From: a virus
Direction: 5' to 3' (one strand)
Virus record (IMG/VR): IMGVR_UViG_3300025769_012879
Location: 32,001 to 96,000 of that record
DNA length: 64,000 nt
Shown: positions 19,642 to 30,898 of the stretch, piece by piece
Position numbering within the stretch: the stretch's first letter is position 1
How the letters are laid out: the number at the start of each line of letters is the position of its first letter
The notes under the pieces: model-generated
What the model was told of the DNA's origin: nothing
Seen by the model: only the letters and a program-made list of their open reading frames with translations
Databases searched by the model: none
Program-made: the position numbers and the translations under genes

Positions 19642-21116
19642 TGGCAATCAGAAGATTTAAAGCAACAAAAGATAATACCATCACTAACGCGTTTAAAGCG
19701 AACCTTACTACTCGTGGTACTGGTTCAAACATGGGTGAATCAGATATTCTAGAAGTTTTTAGTATATATGCACAAGCAAACACCGCTTCTAGTGAGTTAT
19801 CAAGAGTTTTAATTGAGTTTGACATCAACGCTTTGTCAGCATCAAGAGACAGTGGCAATATCCCAGATTCTGGATCTGTTGATTTTTACTTAAGAATGTT
19901 TAATGCTGAACATTCTTCAACCACCCCAACAAACTATACTCTTACAGTCGCAGCAATCTCACAGTCATGGACAGAAGGAATTGGTCTTGATATGGATGAT
20001 TACTCTGATCCTGGCGCTTCAAACTGGATTGATGCAAGTTCCACTACTACATGGACCATTCAAGGTGGTGATTACCTTACTGGAACATTGGATACCGTTT
20101 CAACACAAGTATTCCCCACAGGTATCGAAGATTTACAGGTTGATGTAACTCATCAAGTTGAAGAGTGGTTAAATAACAATACTGCTAGTTATGGATTTGG
20201 CGTATTTTTAACATCATCTTTAGAAGAGGCAGCAACTTCATACTACACAAAGAAATTCTTTGCAAGAGATAGTCAATACTTTTTGAAGCGACCCGTTATT
20301 GAAGCAAGGTGGAACGACAACAGAGGCGATGATGCTGCTAATTTCTATTTGAGTTCATCTAGAGTTCCAGCAGCAGATAACTTAAATAAACTATACCTTT
20401 ACAACTATGTTAGAGGTCAGTTGCAAAATATACCAGGAGTTGGAACTGGAGATATTTTATTGAGTGTTTACTCTGGTTCTAATTCTGTTTTAGATACATC
20501 AAAGATAGGACTTCCTGTTGGCGGCGGTGTTGTTGCCAATGGGGATAGAAACATTACGGGTAGTTATGTTTCAACAGGTATTTATTCAGCAGAGTTTGCC
20601 TACACAAGTTCAGGTATAACTGAAATATATCCAGTTTGGCACAGCGGATCAACAGAATACTTAACTGCATCAGCAGTTACAGTGAATACTTTTGAGACAC
20701 AAACACCCTACCCTATAAATTCTTATAAAACAAGTATTACGAACCTACAGTCTGAATATGGATCATCTGACGTTGCTCACTTTAGAGTGTTTGTACAAAA
20801 CAAAAACTTTGAAGCAACTGTTTATACTATTGCATCAACAGCAGTTGAACCAACAATTGTAGAGAAAATGTATTACAAGGTTCAAAGATTTGTTGATGAG
20901 CAGGTAGTAATTGATTACGGCACTGGGTCTGGAAATGCAAGTTATTCACAACTTTCTTATGATTCTGCTGGAAATTATTTTGATTTGGATATGAGCGTCT
21001 TCGAACCAGATTTTTCATATCAAATTAGTTTTTTAATTAATGACGCAGGTAATTACTATGAACTAAAAGATAAATTTAAATTTAGAGTAATTGACGAAAA
21101 CGACCTACCGGGTTAA
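19641..21116 (+). CDS. Virion structural protein (baseplate-associated, beta-rich)
   Basis: Overlaps the gp6-like gene; SRVLIEFD, SQSWTEGIG; Ser/Thr-rich. Confidence 0.65.
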   Translation: MAIRRFKATKDNTITNAFKANLTTRGTGSNMGESDILEVFSIYAQANTASSELSRVLIEFDINALSASRDSGNIPDSGSVDFYLRMFNAEHSSTTPTNYTLTVAAISQSWTEGIGLDMDDYSDPGASNWIDASSTTTWTIQGGDYLTGTLDTVSTQVFPTGIEDLQVDVTHQVEEWLNNNTASYGFGVFLTSSLEEAATSYYTKKFFARDSQYFLKRPVIEARWNDNRGDDAANFYLSSSRVPAADNLNKLYLYNYVRGQLQNIPGVGTGDILLSVYSGSNSVLDTSKIGLPVGGGVVANGDRNITGSYVSTGIYSAEFAYTSSGITEIYPVWHSGSTEYLTASAVTVNTFETQTPYPINSYKTSITNLQSEYGSSDVAHFRVFVQNKNFEATVYTIASTAVEPTIVEKMYYKVQRFVDEQVVIDYGTGSGNASYSQLSYDSAGNYFDLDMSVFEPDFSYQISFLINDAGNYYELKDKFKFRVIDENDLPG

Positions 21117-21148
21117 TAAAAATCTAATAGCAAAATAATTATAAAGAC

Positions 21149-24100
21149 ATGGGTACAAAAAGTTTTTTTAACAAGCAGAAGTCACAAGAAGTAAAAGTTC
21201 GCGGACAAGAAAAATCAACAATCGCAGATATCAGAGATGATATTGAATCTGAAGATTATGTAAAAGAACATACAATAGATAAGTTAAACTTTTTACCTGA
21301 GTTGGACTTTGAAGATCCCAAAAATTTTGTAAAATACGGATCTGCAAAAGATTACTATGTTGATTTAGTTGATAGCGTTGTTCAATCATATCCATATGAT
21401 GGATCTCTCGCAGAAAAATTAAATTATCGAAATGGATTGGTTGCAATTCAAAAACACGAGTTTGATAAAAACTATCCAAGGTTTGTTGGTTATGCAAACT
21501 TTGGAGATGAAAGTTACTCTGCTGTTCTTGGAACTCCATTCACAGTAGGCGACATAACTTTTACTTTTGGTCAGAACGTAACAGATCATTACGTTATAAC
21601 AGACAACTACTCTAAAAATCTTGTATATAATTCTACTTCAAGTCAGGTTGGCAGTATTGAACTTAACTTTTCTGAAGGAGTAACGGTAGAATTTTGGATG
21701 AAAAAGGAATTTTTTCCTGATCCTAGTGAAACACAGAATGAGGTTATTTTCTCTATTAGTAACGAGAGAACCGCAACTGACCTATTTCAAATTACAACTG
21801 ATGTAACTGGATCGGGTAAAGAGAAATTATATGCAACTTTTTCAAAGACAACTTCTTATGAACCAGAGTTCGTATACGAATTTGACACCGGCATTTCACA
21901 ATCCAATGGTCTTGGTTTGGCAGATGGCAACTGGCACCATTATGCGTTTGCCTTCTCTACCAGTTCAACTGGATATGTTGGAGAGTTTTACGTTGACGGT
22001 CGATTTAGGGAAAAGAAGTTTTACACGCATCCAAGTCCACAATTCAATTTGACGGGTACTCTTGATGCCACAGTCGCCGCCTCATCTCACTATACATATT
22101 TGGGGGACGGTTCGCTTCTTGGTTCTATTGACGAAGTTCGTCTTTGGAAAACCGCAAGAAACGCCAAAGAAATTGGCGTAAATTACTTTTTTGATGTCGG
22201 CGGCGGCGGCAATACCGACACAACAAAAGTTAATGACAACAATCCATTAGGATTATCGCTATATTATAAGTTTAATGAGAGCAACACAGGTGATTCTAAT
22301 GTTGATAGTGTTGTATTGGATTATTCTGGGCGTTTAACAGATGGAGTCTGGGTTGGATACAATACCACCTCAAGAACTTCGGGATCTGCAATAATTGAAT
22401 CAGGTACCACTAGAGAAGTTGGTGAACCAATTATATATTCAACTCACCCAGATGTTGTTACATACAAAGCAGATAAAATAACTTCTGGTTCATTGTATGA
22501 CGCTGAAAACATTGGCAGCATGTACGACATGCTACCACAGTGGATAAGCGACGACGATGCCGCCAACGGTCTTCTAATTCGTAAGATGATGCAGATTATG
22601 TCTAGTTACCTAGACACGCTTCACGCGCAAATTACGGCGATTTCACAACTACAAGATGGATCTTATGTTAGTGGGTCAAATGCCAAACCAAATCCATTCT
22701 CAAAAAGAAATCTGATTTCTTATGGATTTGACATCCCAGATGTGTTTATTGACCCAGGCGTTATTGAAGAAATATACTTTAAAGACGAGAAAAGAGTTTA
22801 TGAAGAAAAATTATATAATCTAAAAAACTTAATTTTTCAAAACATATTTAACAACTTAAATTACATTAATAAATCTAAAGGTACAGAGAAGTCATTTAGA
22901 AACTTGTTCCGCTGCTTTGGAGTTGACAATGAACTTGTTCGTTTGAACATGTATGCAGATGGTCAAGAATATGAATTAAAAGAGAACTATGTAGCGTCAC
23001 AAGCAAAAAGAAACATTATTGATTTGTCCGGTTACAACGATGGAAATAGTAGATCATCAGTAATCTACACATTCGCAGATCCATCTAAAAGCACCGATGA
23101 GACAGGTGATAGTGGATACATCCCATCCTCATCAAACGTTTATATTCCATTGACTTTTGAAAACCAGTTTCAATTTCCTAAGTTTGTAGATTTTCCTGAC
23201 AATTATTTGGACAAATTATCAAAAGTTTCATTGTTCGGTGTACACAGCGCCAGTAGTGACACTACAAGCACAACTATCCCAACGGGCGATTTGAACTTTA
23301 AGGTATATGCAGAGACAAATACAAACAATAAAACACAATTTGTCTTAGAGACCAATATTGGAACTGTTACTGAATTAACATCTTCATTCTACGAGGATGT
23401 TTATGACAACACCAATTGGACTTTCGCTGTTAGAACAAAACCAAGAGAATATCCTTTTGCTCAACATGTAACAGCATCAGATGTATTCGATTTAGAATTT
23501 TACGGTGTAAATTATGTTTCAGGGTATAAATTACATGAATTTACTGCTTCGGCAGAGGTGAATTTAAACGACGACATAGGACAATTTATAACAGGGTCCA
23601 ACAAGAGATTGTATGTTGGAGCAGATAGGGAGAACATTACAGGGTCTCTAAACTATAAATCAAATACAAGGTTGGTATCATCACGCGTTTGGTTTGATTA
23701 CCTTGAAGATCAAGAACTTAGAAACCATGCAAAAGACGTTACAAATTACGGTAGAGAGTATCCATATCAAAATTCATTCATATTTGAAAATGGAGAGTCA
23801 GAAAGTTATGTTCCAAGAATTAGCACTTTGGCACTTCACTGGAATTTTGAAAATATTACAGGTTCTGACTCAAGCGGCAAGTTCTTAATTCAAGATACCA
23901 CATCTGGATCAAGTTATGAACTCGATTCAAGGTTTGCAGGTGGAGAATACTCTAGATATGTTGGTCCAAACTACAGCGGACAAGGTTCAGAATTTTCTAC
24001 TAACTCAACAGACGTTGTAGATTTTCTATTTGTTGATACAGCAGAACAACAGTTGCCAGAAAACTTATATAGTTCTGATTTAATTGAGATTAGGCAAGGG

Positions 24101-27100
24101 GATGACAGTATCTTTAAAAAGGATAGTCGTCCAAGCAAATACTATTTTGCAGTTGAGACAAGTTTATATGATTCAATATCACATGACATTCTTGGATTCT
24201 TTGCTTCTATTAACGACTTTAATAGTCTTATTGGAGCACCTGAAAATGCATATCGACCAAACTACAAAAACTTAGAAAAACTAAGACAATTGTTTTTTGA
24301 AAACGTAACAAATGAACCTGATTTAGAAAAGTTTGTAAATCTTTACAAATGGATGGATGGTGCATTAGACAGTGTTATTAGCAACTTAATACCTGCTTCT
24401 GCAAAAACATCAGACCAAGTTAGAAACATAGTTGAAAGTCACATACTAGAAAGAAGTAAATATATAAGAAAATACTTATCAGTTTTGGAATACACTATTC
24501 CATTTAACGCCAATTTAAACAATAATAGCAACGTTCTATTGCCAACTAATGAAGGTGTGACAAGTATACAGATTAATCCACCTTCAGGTGCTCCTCTTGT
24601 CAGCACAATTAAATCTGTGTCTTCAATGACAAACTATGTTGACTCAGAAATTATAGGAAATACATCTCCAAAATATAAACAAGGATTACAACCTGGAAAC
24701 AAAACGTTTAAGGACAAAACAAGTTTTGCTACAAGTGCTGAACTTAGTACGCCAACAGCGCAGACTAAAGATTCACCATCTCAAATTGTTAGTTCTAAAG
24801 ACTTATCATCGCCATTGCCAGGAACCTTTTTTGGATCACCTCTCGATCAGGGTACAAAGCAGTTATGGTTCTTAAATAAAGCAGAAAGAAACCCAGGCGG
24901 TCTTTTATCAACTGGTGTTGAATCTGTTGATGCTGCAAGAGTTCAGCAACAATATAACAATTATCAGGTTTTAACTGGTTCTAGACAACCCGTTTACACA
25001 TTTAGAGCAAATGCTAGTAAACCAATATCACAAAATACAACATATGGTGGCGAAAATAAAAAGTCTTACTTTGCTAGTTCTTTCAATGGTACTAATGACG
25101 AAACTAAAGATGGATTAGATATTGAAGTCCTTAAAACCGTTCTGAACCGTGATGATCAACCTTACTATGACTATGTTGACTCTTTAGATCGAACTTTTGG
25201 TGGGCATAGAATGCCACCAACAAAAATAACAAATCTATCAAATTCACAGAATTTGAATGGTCAAAATTATTTGCCGTTTAACATAATCAGTGCATCAACT
25301 GCGGTGAATGCTTGGCAAGAAGAATTATTTACAGAAGGTCACGAGATTGATATTGTTTCATCTCACCAAGATTACGTTGTAGATGGTGGATCGCTACAGG
25401 GACCATTTACCAAGGATCATGCTGGTGGGTGGATGTATCGACACAATGCGCCACTTTTAACATCTTCACACCTGAGAAAAGAAGGTTATACCTTCATGCC
25501 AATAAACTCTACAAACCTAAGAGTTTTAAGTCCAAGATATTACAATTCAGGCGGTAGTCCAGTATACAATTCAGCGCGACCATATGGTGCCCTTTTAAGA
25601 GAAGAAGTGGCACAAAGACCAGTGGTAATAAAAAATATAAGTGGGTCAAACTATTTTCACGATTACCAGATAGTGCAAACAGCAGGTAGAAAAGAAAATA
25701 ACAGATATTATGTAAAGTCCAATGGATACACTGGAACAGTAAACAGTGTAAGTGATATTGGATATGACGAAGCAGGAGTCTTCATCTACAAAGATTTCAC
25801 TGTTTTAAACAGAGATACAACAGGAAGTAACACCTTTGTAATTGTAAACAGGTTTAGTGCTCCAGGCGGTCCAGAAGTTAGTTCATTCTCTTTCTTGGAT
25901 GTTGAGGCAGCAGAATATTCAGTTTATAACAATCTCAACTATAGAAACTTAGTAGTTAGAATTGAAAACAATAAGTTGTTGACAAGACACACATTGACAG
26001 GTGGTTATGATTCAGTTCTTTTACAACCAACAGCATCTTTTTACAAACCTCAAAGAAATGGTGTGTACACTGTATCCTCTTCATTGACAACAGTTGAACC
26101 AGTATTTGATAACTCTTACGTTAATTACTCAATCCCAAGAACAGATGTTCAATACGCTTGGGTAGCAAGTTCTTGGATTGCGAGAAAAACAGGTTATCCC
26201 AATGAAGCAACACTAACTTCTGATTCTGGACTCTTAACTGCAAGCGGAATAAATAATCTCGGTGGCAACGAAAGCGACTTTGATTACAACATAACTTCTA
26301 GTGATTACTCACCAGTTTATGGTTTCAGATTTTCCGAAAACATAAGAAACATAGATAAGAGTCACGCTCAGTTTGAAATTAATAGCAACAATGAATCAGT
26401 GCCATTTAATGGAGTAAACTTTATAATTGTAGGTGATGTAGATACCGACAATAATCTCTTTACCACTTCATCAACAACTGAAGGTAATTATTTATCAAGA
26501 GCAACATTTGACTCATCAACATCACCATTAGTTTTGAATGCATTCTTATTGTCAGAAAATGGTCCATATCAATATCCAACATTCAAACAAATTAGAACTG
26601 CTGATCACAGGGTTGCTAGAAAGTTAAGAAAAGAGAATATATACGTCAGCAATAGAGACAAATACATTCTTGGCAACACCAAAGTGTTGAAGAACGGTGA
26701 AAAGTATACTATTAATCAGACTCCAGTCACAAACAAATACAAACCAGTTGTTCAATACATAGATGATACAACTGGTACAATAAAGTACGAGTTTGGTAAT
26801 GATTTAAATTACTTTGCAACAACCTATATCTCATCAGCAAATGAGAACGTGAATTACAATTTTGAATTTAACGTACCAAGAAATGACATCTTAGATACTG
26901 ACTTTTACAAGTTTAGTCAAAAATATAAGATTGTAAGATACAAAGAAGTAAATTACCCAAAAAATGAAAACCAATACAAGAATGAATCAAGAAATCGAAT
27001 AAACTACTTGTCTTTCTGGGTAAGTGATGACATTGAAAACAGAATTGATAATTCTTTTGTCAACTCTCAGGGATACACAATTAGTGGTTCAGAATGGTCA

Positions 27101-29983
27101 ATGGACGTTAGTCCATCTGGATCAGGAGAGGAAGAGAAGTCCGGTGAATTAATGAGAAACACTGGATCTACTGGTGTTGGCACTGTAGCATTTGGCGAGG
27201 TAAATGCAAGATATGCATTCAACTTGGGTGAGTGTAGACCTAAAAACTTAGTTCAATCTCAAGCAGGTACTGGTGCCTTCTACACAACTTATGAAGACTT
27301 TTCAGCAGATACGAGATTGATTGGTCAAGACGAGACCATAGTTCCAGAGTTTACTATATCTGATTACATAGATACAGTTGTAAACGAGTATCAGGGCAAC
27401 TTCTTAAATGAGGATATCTACGGATACACACTAACTGGTAGTGAGGATTTGCATGGTAATCATTTTGCTGAAAGATTTTTAAAGACCGAAAAAATAGATT
27501 ACTTGAAAGAGTTAAAAGAGTTTTATGGCGAACCAACAGCAATCAGGTTAAGTTTTGACGCAACAAAGAAATTGTTGCCAAGAACTGGATTTTATCCACA
27601 ACAGAGAGTTGTGGAACTAGCACAACAGTTCTCGTCTTCTTATAAAGACTCTACAATTACCATTGGAGCAACAAACTATACCAACCCAACCGGCGGCGGT
27701 GGTGAAGAAACATGGTCAACTGCATTGTTGCCATTTTGGGCACCAGGAGTTGGTCTCAACTCCATTAAATCAGGTTTTGCAGTAGAATTTCCTTATAAGT
27801 CTACTGGCACTGCGGATCCAATTGCTGGAGTTGAAGAAAGGTTTGATGCAGCAGCACCATTTGAATCAATTTTAAGTCCTAGCGAGTATGTTGAATTAGT
27901 TTATCACATAGCAAATAGTGGAACAGCAGAACTACAAAGCACCGCGTCAGTCAATAAAACAGACGGGGTTTACGAGATGATGTCACACAACTTCTTTGCA
28001 GAGGTTCCAGACTTCTTCTTAGAAGACCTTGCTTCATTTAGATCTGCACCTGCTGCTACTTGGCAGTTTGAAGGACCTTTATCTTCTAGCACTGATGGCG
28101 TTAAGAAGTTTGCTATGGACATTTATATTGAAGATCCAGTCGATTTCTTAATGTACGGTGGTGGAGATGCATTTGGACCTTTCCCATACAACAACCATGC
28201 CCCACCTGGATATTATTGGAACTCTTCTGGTGTCATTCCCGCTGAATATTGTGAGTTCTTAACAAATACGGGTGCAAATCGTTCTGGATATACAAGAGCA
28301 AAAATTGTTTTTGATCCAACAAACCTTCTTTCTACTGATGGAAGGTTGGGTAAAACATCTTTCTCATTGCAAGATATTGTTGCTAACTCTACAATAGAAC
28401 ATACAAACTTCTTAGTAGAAAGAGACGGTGTGTCACCAGCAGATACCACATTTATGACTCTATCTGCAAGTTTGGACATGTTTGTTCAGGGCGAAGAAAA
28501 CAGATGGATAATTAGAAGTAAGTGGGAGTGTCCAGTTCTGAACTTTGCTGATGCTACCGCAGAAACAGATGGTTCTGAAACTGCTGTTAAAGGCATGTGG
28601 CACCAGTATGGAGAATTAGCAGGTTCTAATGCAAGAAAAAGATTGAATGTTAGGGTTGACGATTCAGAATATATTAATAGTACAGCAACTGGGTCCTTGG
28701 CAGAAGCGGTTGGTTTTGACAAAAAGTCTATTGCGTTTGGTAAAATAAAACCAAAGAAGGTTGTAGAGGAAGCAATTTGTGCAATTCCTTACTATGTTGA
28801 CTGCGACACTGGTGAAGAAAAATTCTTTGAAATTCCAATGAACATTTTTGAAAACAGATATTCATTGGTAAGAAGAAATTCAGTAACAGTTGATTCAATT
28901 TCAGATATGATCAGAAAGATGGACAAGTATGTTTTACCCCCACCATACGATTTTGTCCACATCCGTGACAGTAAAAACTCTGCTTTGAATAGTAAGGAAG
29001 ACTTTTTACCTGCAAGACCACCTTTCTCTATTTACTTTTTTGAATTCAATAGTGAATTGAGTAGACAAGATCTTGCAAATATTTGGCAAGGTGTAATGCC
29101 ATCAATCGCGACATCAGCAGAGAAGCAGAAGGTAGTTTTAGAGCACCCAATTGTTGATGGCGAGTTATTATCACCAACAATCTTTAGATACAACAAGTTG
29201 ACAGGCATACCTAACGACATTAAGTGGAAGATTTTTAAAGTCAAGAAAAGAGCAGCATACGATTATTACAGAATGTTGCAGGATAAAACAGACTCCCCAA
29301 CTTACAAGAGGTTGGGCGTAGATAGATTCTCTTTCAATTACCCATACGATCAATTCAGTTTGGTAGAACTTGGAAAAATGGATGTTGAGTTTGAAGTATT
29401 AAATGATGCTCCAAGTAGAATAAAAGAAATTTCTGGAGGTGGATACGTCAGACCCGAAGAGGCAATTGTAAGGTCTGCTGGCATTGGACAACCAGTTCAA
29501 GTGAGAACTTCAACAACTCAACAAGAAACTACAGCAGATAGAGAAGTTCAGAGAATAGCGGAGACAGTGGATAGAGAGGTTCAGACGATCCAGAGAGAAG
29601 CGGAAAGTGTACCAAGTACAATAGATCCTTTTGTACCTACTATCCAGACAACTTCCACAGCGCCTGAACCAACAATAGAACCCTTTGTTCCAAGTTTGCA
29701 AGCATCGTTAACAGCAGGAACACCAACAGTTGAGACATTTATACCTAGTGTTGACAGGGGTGATGTGACAGTAACCACAAGCACTGTAAACGAATCAGGA
29801 ACAATTACGACAGGAGATCCACAACTAGCGCAGACATCAATTTCAGTACCTACTTGTACAGAAGATGATAAATCTGAGTATGACGCACTACAAATACTCG
29901 TCAGTGATGTGGGTTTTGCAGCACTTCCCAGAGAACAGCAACTTAGATTCAATGAGTTAGCGCAGAAATGCCCCAGAAACTAA
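21149..29983 (+). CDS. Giant (2944 aa) baseplate/tail protein with LamG-like domains
   Basis: LamG motifs TVEFWMK, WHHYAF, GSIDEVRLW; KSKGTEKSFRNLFRCFG resembles the gp7/P2 gpI wedge motif. Confidence 0.75.
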   Translation: MGTKSFFNKQKSQEVKVRGQEKSTIADIRDDIESEDYVKEHTIDKLNFLPELDFEDPKNFVKYGSAKDYYVDLVDSVVQSYPYDGSLAEKLNYRNGLVAIQKHEFDKNYPRFVGYANFGDESYSAVLGTPFTVGDITFTFGQNVTDHYVITDNYSKNLVYNSTSSQVGSIELNFSEGVTVEFWMKKEFFPDPSETQNEVIFSISNERTATDLFQITTDVTGSGKEKLYATFSKTTSYEPEFVYEFDTGISQSNGLGLADGNWHHYAFAFSTSSTGYVGEFYVDGRFREKKFYTHPSPQFNLTGTLDATVAASSHYTYLGDGSLLGSIDEVRLWKTARNAKEIGVNYFFDVGGGGNTDTTKVNDNNPLGLSLYYKFNESNTGDSNVDSVVLDYSGRLTDGVWVGYNTTSRTSGSAIIESGTTREVGEPIIYSTHPDVVTYKADKITSGSLYDAENIGSMYDMLPQWISDDDAANGLLIRKMMQIMSSYLDTLHAQITAISQLQDGSYVSGSNAKPNPFSKRNLISYGFDIPDVFIDPGVIEEIYFKDEKRVYEEKLYNLKNLIFQNIFNNLNYINKSKGTEKSFRNLFRCFGVDNELVRLNMYADGQEYELKENYVASQAKRNIIDLSGYNDGNSRSSVIYTFADPSKSTDETGDSGYIPSSSNVYIPLTFENQFQFPKFVDFPDNYLDKLSKVSLFGVHSASSDTTSTTIPTGDLNFKVYAETNTNNKTQFVLETNIGTVTELTSSFYEDVYDNTNWTFAVRTKPREYPFAQHVTASDVFDLEFYGVNYVSGYKLHEFTASAEVNLNDDIGQFITGSNKRLYVGADRENITGSLNYKSNTRLVSSRVWFDYLEDQELRNHAKDVTNYGREYPYQNSFIFENGESESYVPRISTLALHWNFENITGSDSSGKFLIQDTTSGSSYELDSRFAGGEYSRYVGPNYSGQGSEFSTNSTDVVDFLFVDTAEQQLPENLYSSDLIEIRQGDDSIFKKDSRPSKYYFAVETSLYDSISHDILGFFASINDFNSLIGAPENAYRPNYKNLEKLRQLFFENVTNEPDLEKFVNLYKWMDGALDSVISNLIPASAKTSDQVRNIVESHILERSKYIRKYLSVLEYTIPFNANLNNNSNVLLPTNEGVTSIQINPPSGAPLVSTIKSVSSMTNYVDSEIIGNTSPKYKQGLQPGNKTFKDKTSFATSAELSTPTAQTKDSPSQIVSSKDLSSPLPGTFFGSPLDQGTKQLWFLNKAERNPGGLLSTGVESVDAARVQQQYNNYQVLTGSRQPVYTFRANASKPISQNTTYGGENKKSYFASSFNGTNDETKDGLDIEVLKTVLNRDDQPYYDYVDSLDRTFGGHRMPPTKITNLSNSQNLNGQNYLPFNIISASTAVNAWQEELFTEGHEIDIVSSHQDYVVDGGSLQGPFTKDHAGGWMYRHNAPLLTSSHLRKEGYTFMPINSTNLRVLSPRYYNSGGSPVYNSARPYGALLREEVAQRPVVIKNISGSNYFHDYQIVQTAGRKENNRYYVKSNGYTGTVNSVSDIGYDEAGVFIYKDFTVLNRDTTGSNTFVIVNRFSAPGGPEVSSFSFLDVEAAEYSVYNNLNYRNLVVRIENNKLLTRHTLTGGYDSVLLQPTASFYKPQRNGVYTVSSSLTTVEPVFDNSYVNYSIPRTDVQYAWVASSWIARKTGYPNEATLTSDSGLLTASGINNLGGNESDFDYNITSSDYSPVYGFRFSENIRNIDKSHAQFEINSNNESVPFNGVNFIIVGDVDTDNNLFTTSSTTEGNYLSRATFDSSTSPLVLNAFLLSENGPYQYPTFKQIRTADHRVARKLRKENIYVSNRDKYILGNTKVLKNGEKYTINQTPVTNKYKPVVQYIDDTTGTIKYEFGNDLNYFATTYISSANENVNYNFEFNVPRNDILDTDFYKFSQKYKIVRYKEVNYPKNENQYKNESRNRINYLSFWVSDDIENRIDNSFVNSQGYTISGSEWSMDVSPSGSGEEEKSGELMRNTGSTGVGTVAFGEVNARYAFNLGECRPKNLVQSQAGTGAFYTTYEDFSADTRLIGQDETIVPEFTISDYIDTVVNEYQGNFLNEDIYGYTLTGSEDLHGNHFAERFLKTEKIDYLKELKEFYGEPTAIRLSFDATKKLLPRTGFYPQQRVVELAQQFSSSYKDSTITIGATNYTNPTGGGGEETWSTALLPFWAPGVGLNSIKSGFAVEFPYKSTGTADPIAGVEERFDAAAPFESILSPSEYVELVYHIANSGTAELQSTASVNKTDGVYEMMSHNFFAEVPDFFLEDLASFRSAPAATWQFEGPLSSSTDGVKKFAMDIYIEDPVDFLMYGGGDAFGPFPYNNHAPPGYYWNSSGVIPAEYCEFLTNTGANRSGYTRAKIVFDPTNLLSTDGRLGKTSFSLQDIVANSTIEHTNFLVERDGVSPADTTFMTLSASLDMFVQGEENRWIIRSKWECPVLNFADATAETDGSETAVKGMWHQYGELAGSNARKRLNVRVDDSEYINSTATGSLAEAVGFDKKSIAFGKIKPKKVVEEAICAIPYYVDCDTGEEKFFEIPMNIFENRYSLVRRNSVTVDSISDMIRKMDKYVLPPPYDFVHIRDSKNSALNSKEDFLPARPPFSIYFFEFNSELSRQDLANIWQGVMPSIATSAEKQKVVLEHPIVDGELLSPTIFRYNKLTGIPNDIKWKIFKVKKRAAYDYYRMLQDKTDSPTYKRLGVDRFSFNYPYDQFSLVELGKMDVEFEVLNDAPSRIKEISGGGYVRPEEAIVRSAGIGQPVQVRTSTTQQETTADREVQRIAETVDREVQTIQREAESVPSTIDPFVPTIQTTSTAPEPTIEPFVPSLQASLTAGTPTVETFIPSVDRGDVTVTTSTVNESGTITTGDPQLAQTSISVPTCTEDDKSEYDALQILVSDVGFAALPREQQLRFNELAQKCPRN
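29530..29760 (+). repeat. Imperfect coding repeats near the C-terminus of the 2944-aa protein
   Basis: ADREVQRI / VDREVQTI (11-aa period), then TIDPFVPTIQ / TIEPFVPSLQ / TVETFIPSVD (18-aa period). Confidence 0.75.
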
Positions 29984-30005
29984 TTACTGATAGAGAGAGT
30001 ATTGA

Positions 30006-30884
30006 ATGACGTTTTTTAATAAAAAAGAGGAAGTAGTTGAGTTGAAACTGACTAGGGTTGGGCGAGAAAAACTCTCTCAAGGAAAGTTTGCTCCAACACA
30101 CTATGAATTTTTAGATGAAGACGTATTGTATGATAAGTACAACTATATCTCAGGTTCATACGAAGAGCAGAATGAAATAAAAAAAAGAATTAAAGAAAAT
30201 ATATCTTTAAGATACCCAACTGCTAAACAGGGAGCAATCTCATCTAAAGGCACAAAATCAATAGAAAATAAGTTAATAGAGAGTTTGGGAACTTTCATAC
30301 CTTATTCAAATTTAAAACCCGCTTGGGATTTAAAAGCAATAGACGGAACAATCTTCACTGGATCTGGTGAGATTGAATATACTTCACTAGAGGCGCGAAG
30401 AGAGGGAACTGTTAACCCTTCTTATGAGAAAATACCGCAGTTAGATTTAGTATGTGATTATAACTACAACATCTTTATTTTATTTGATAAAAATAATACA
30501 AAAAAGAATAAAGATTTCTATGCTGCTGTGGACGAAAATCCATTTATTACAATTAACGACTTATTGAAGGAGGATGAATTTGACGCATTTATGCTTTTCA
30601 AAAAGGGGTTTAACGATTTTACGATGACAGTCGAAGAGGATAACGTTTTAAAAGAAAAAGAAATGTTTACCTTGGAAGTTTATGAATACAAATATTCTAA
30701 TGAATTTCAAAAAATAGAGTTAGAAAAACTTTACTTTGATTCAGAGGACATAGATGAGACCTCTGTGCAATGGTATTTTGACATTTCAACTGATGGTGCA
30801 GTAGAACCAGCAAGAGAAGGTTTTACATTTGTTAATGAAAAAGTTGAAGTTGAAGGACCAGATGATGAGTGCGAGGACGTTTAA
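30006..30884 (+). CDS. Tail/baseplate-associated protein; N-terminus paralogous to 36700
   Basis: VELKLTRVGREKLSQG...EFLDEDVLYD. Confidence 0.6.
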   Translation: MTFFNKKEEVVELKLTRVGREKLSQGKFAPTHYEFLDEDVLYDKYNYISGSYEEQNEIKKRIKENISLRYPTAKQGAISSKGTKSIENKLIESLGTFIPYSNLKPAWDLKAIDGTIFTGSGEIEYTSLEARREGTVNPSYEKIPQLDLVCDYNYNIFILFDKNNTKKNKDFYAAVDENPFITINDLLKEDEFDAFMLFKKGFNDFTMTVEEDNVLKEKEMFTLEVYEYKYSNEFQKIELEKLYFDSEDIDETSVQWYFDISTDGAVEPAREGFTFVNEKVEVEGPDDECEDV

Positions 30885-30898
30885 AGAGGTTATCTAAT

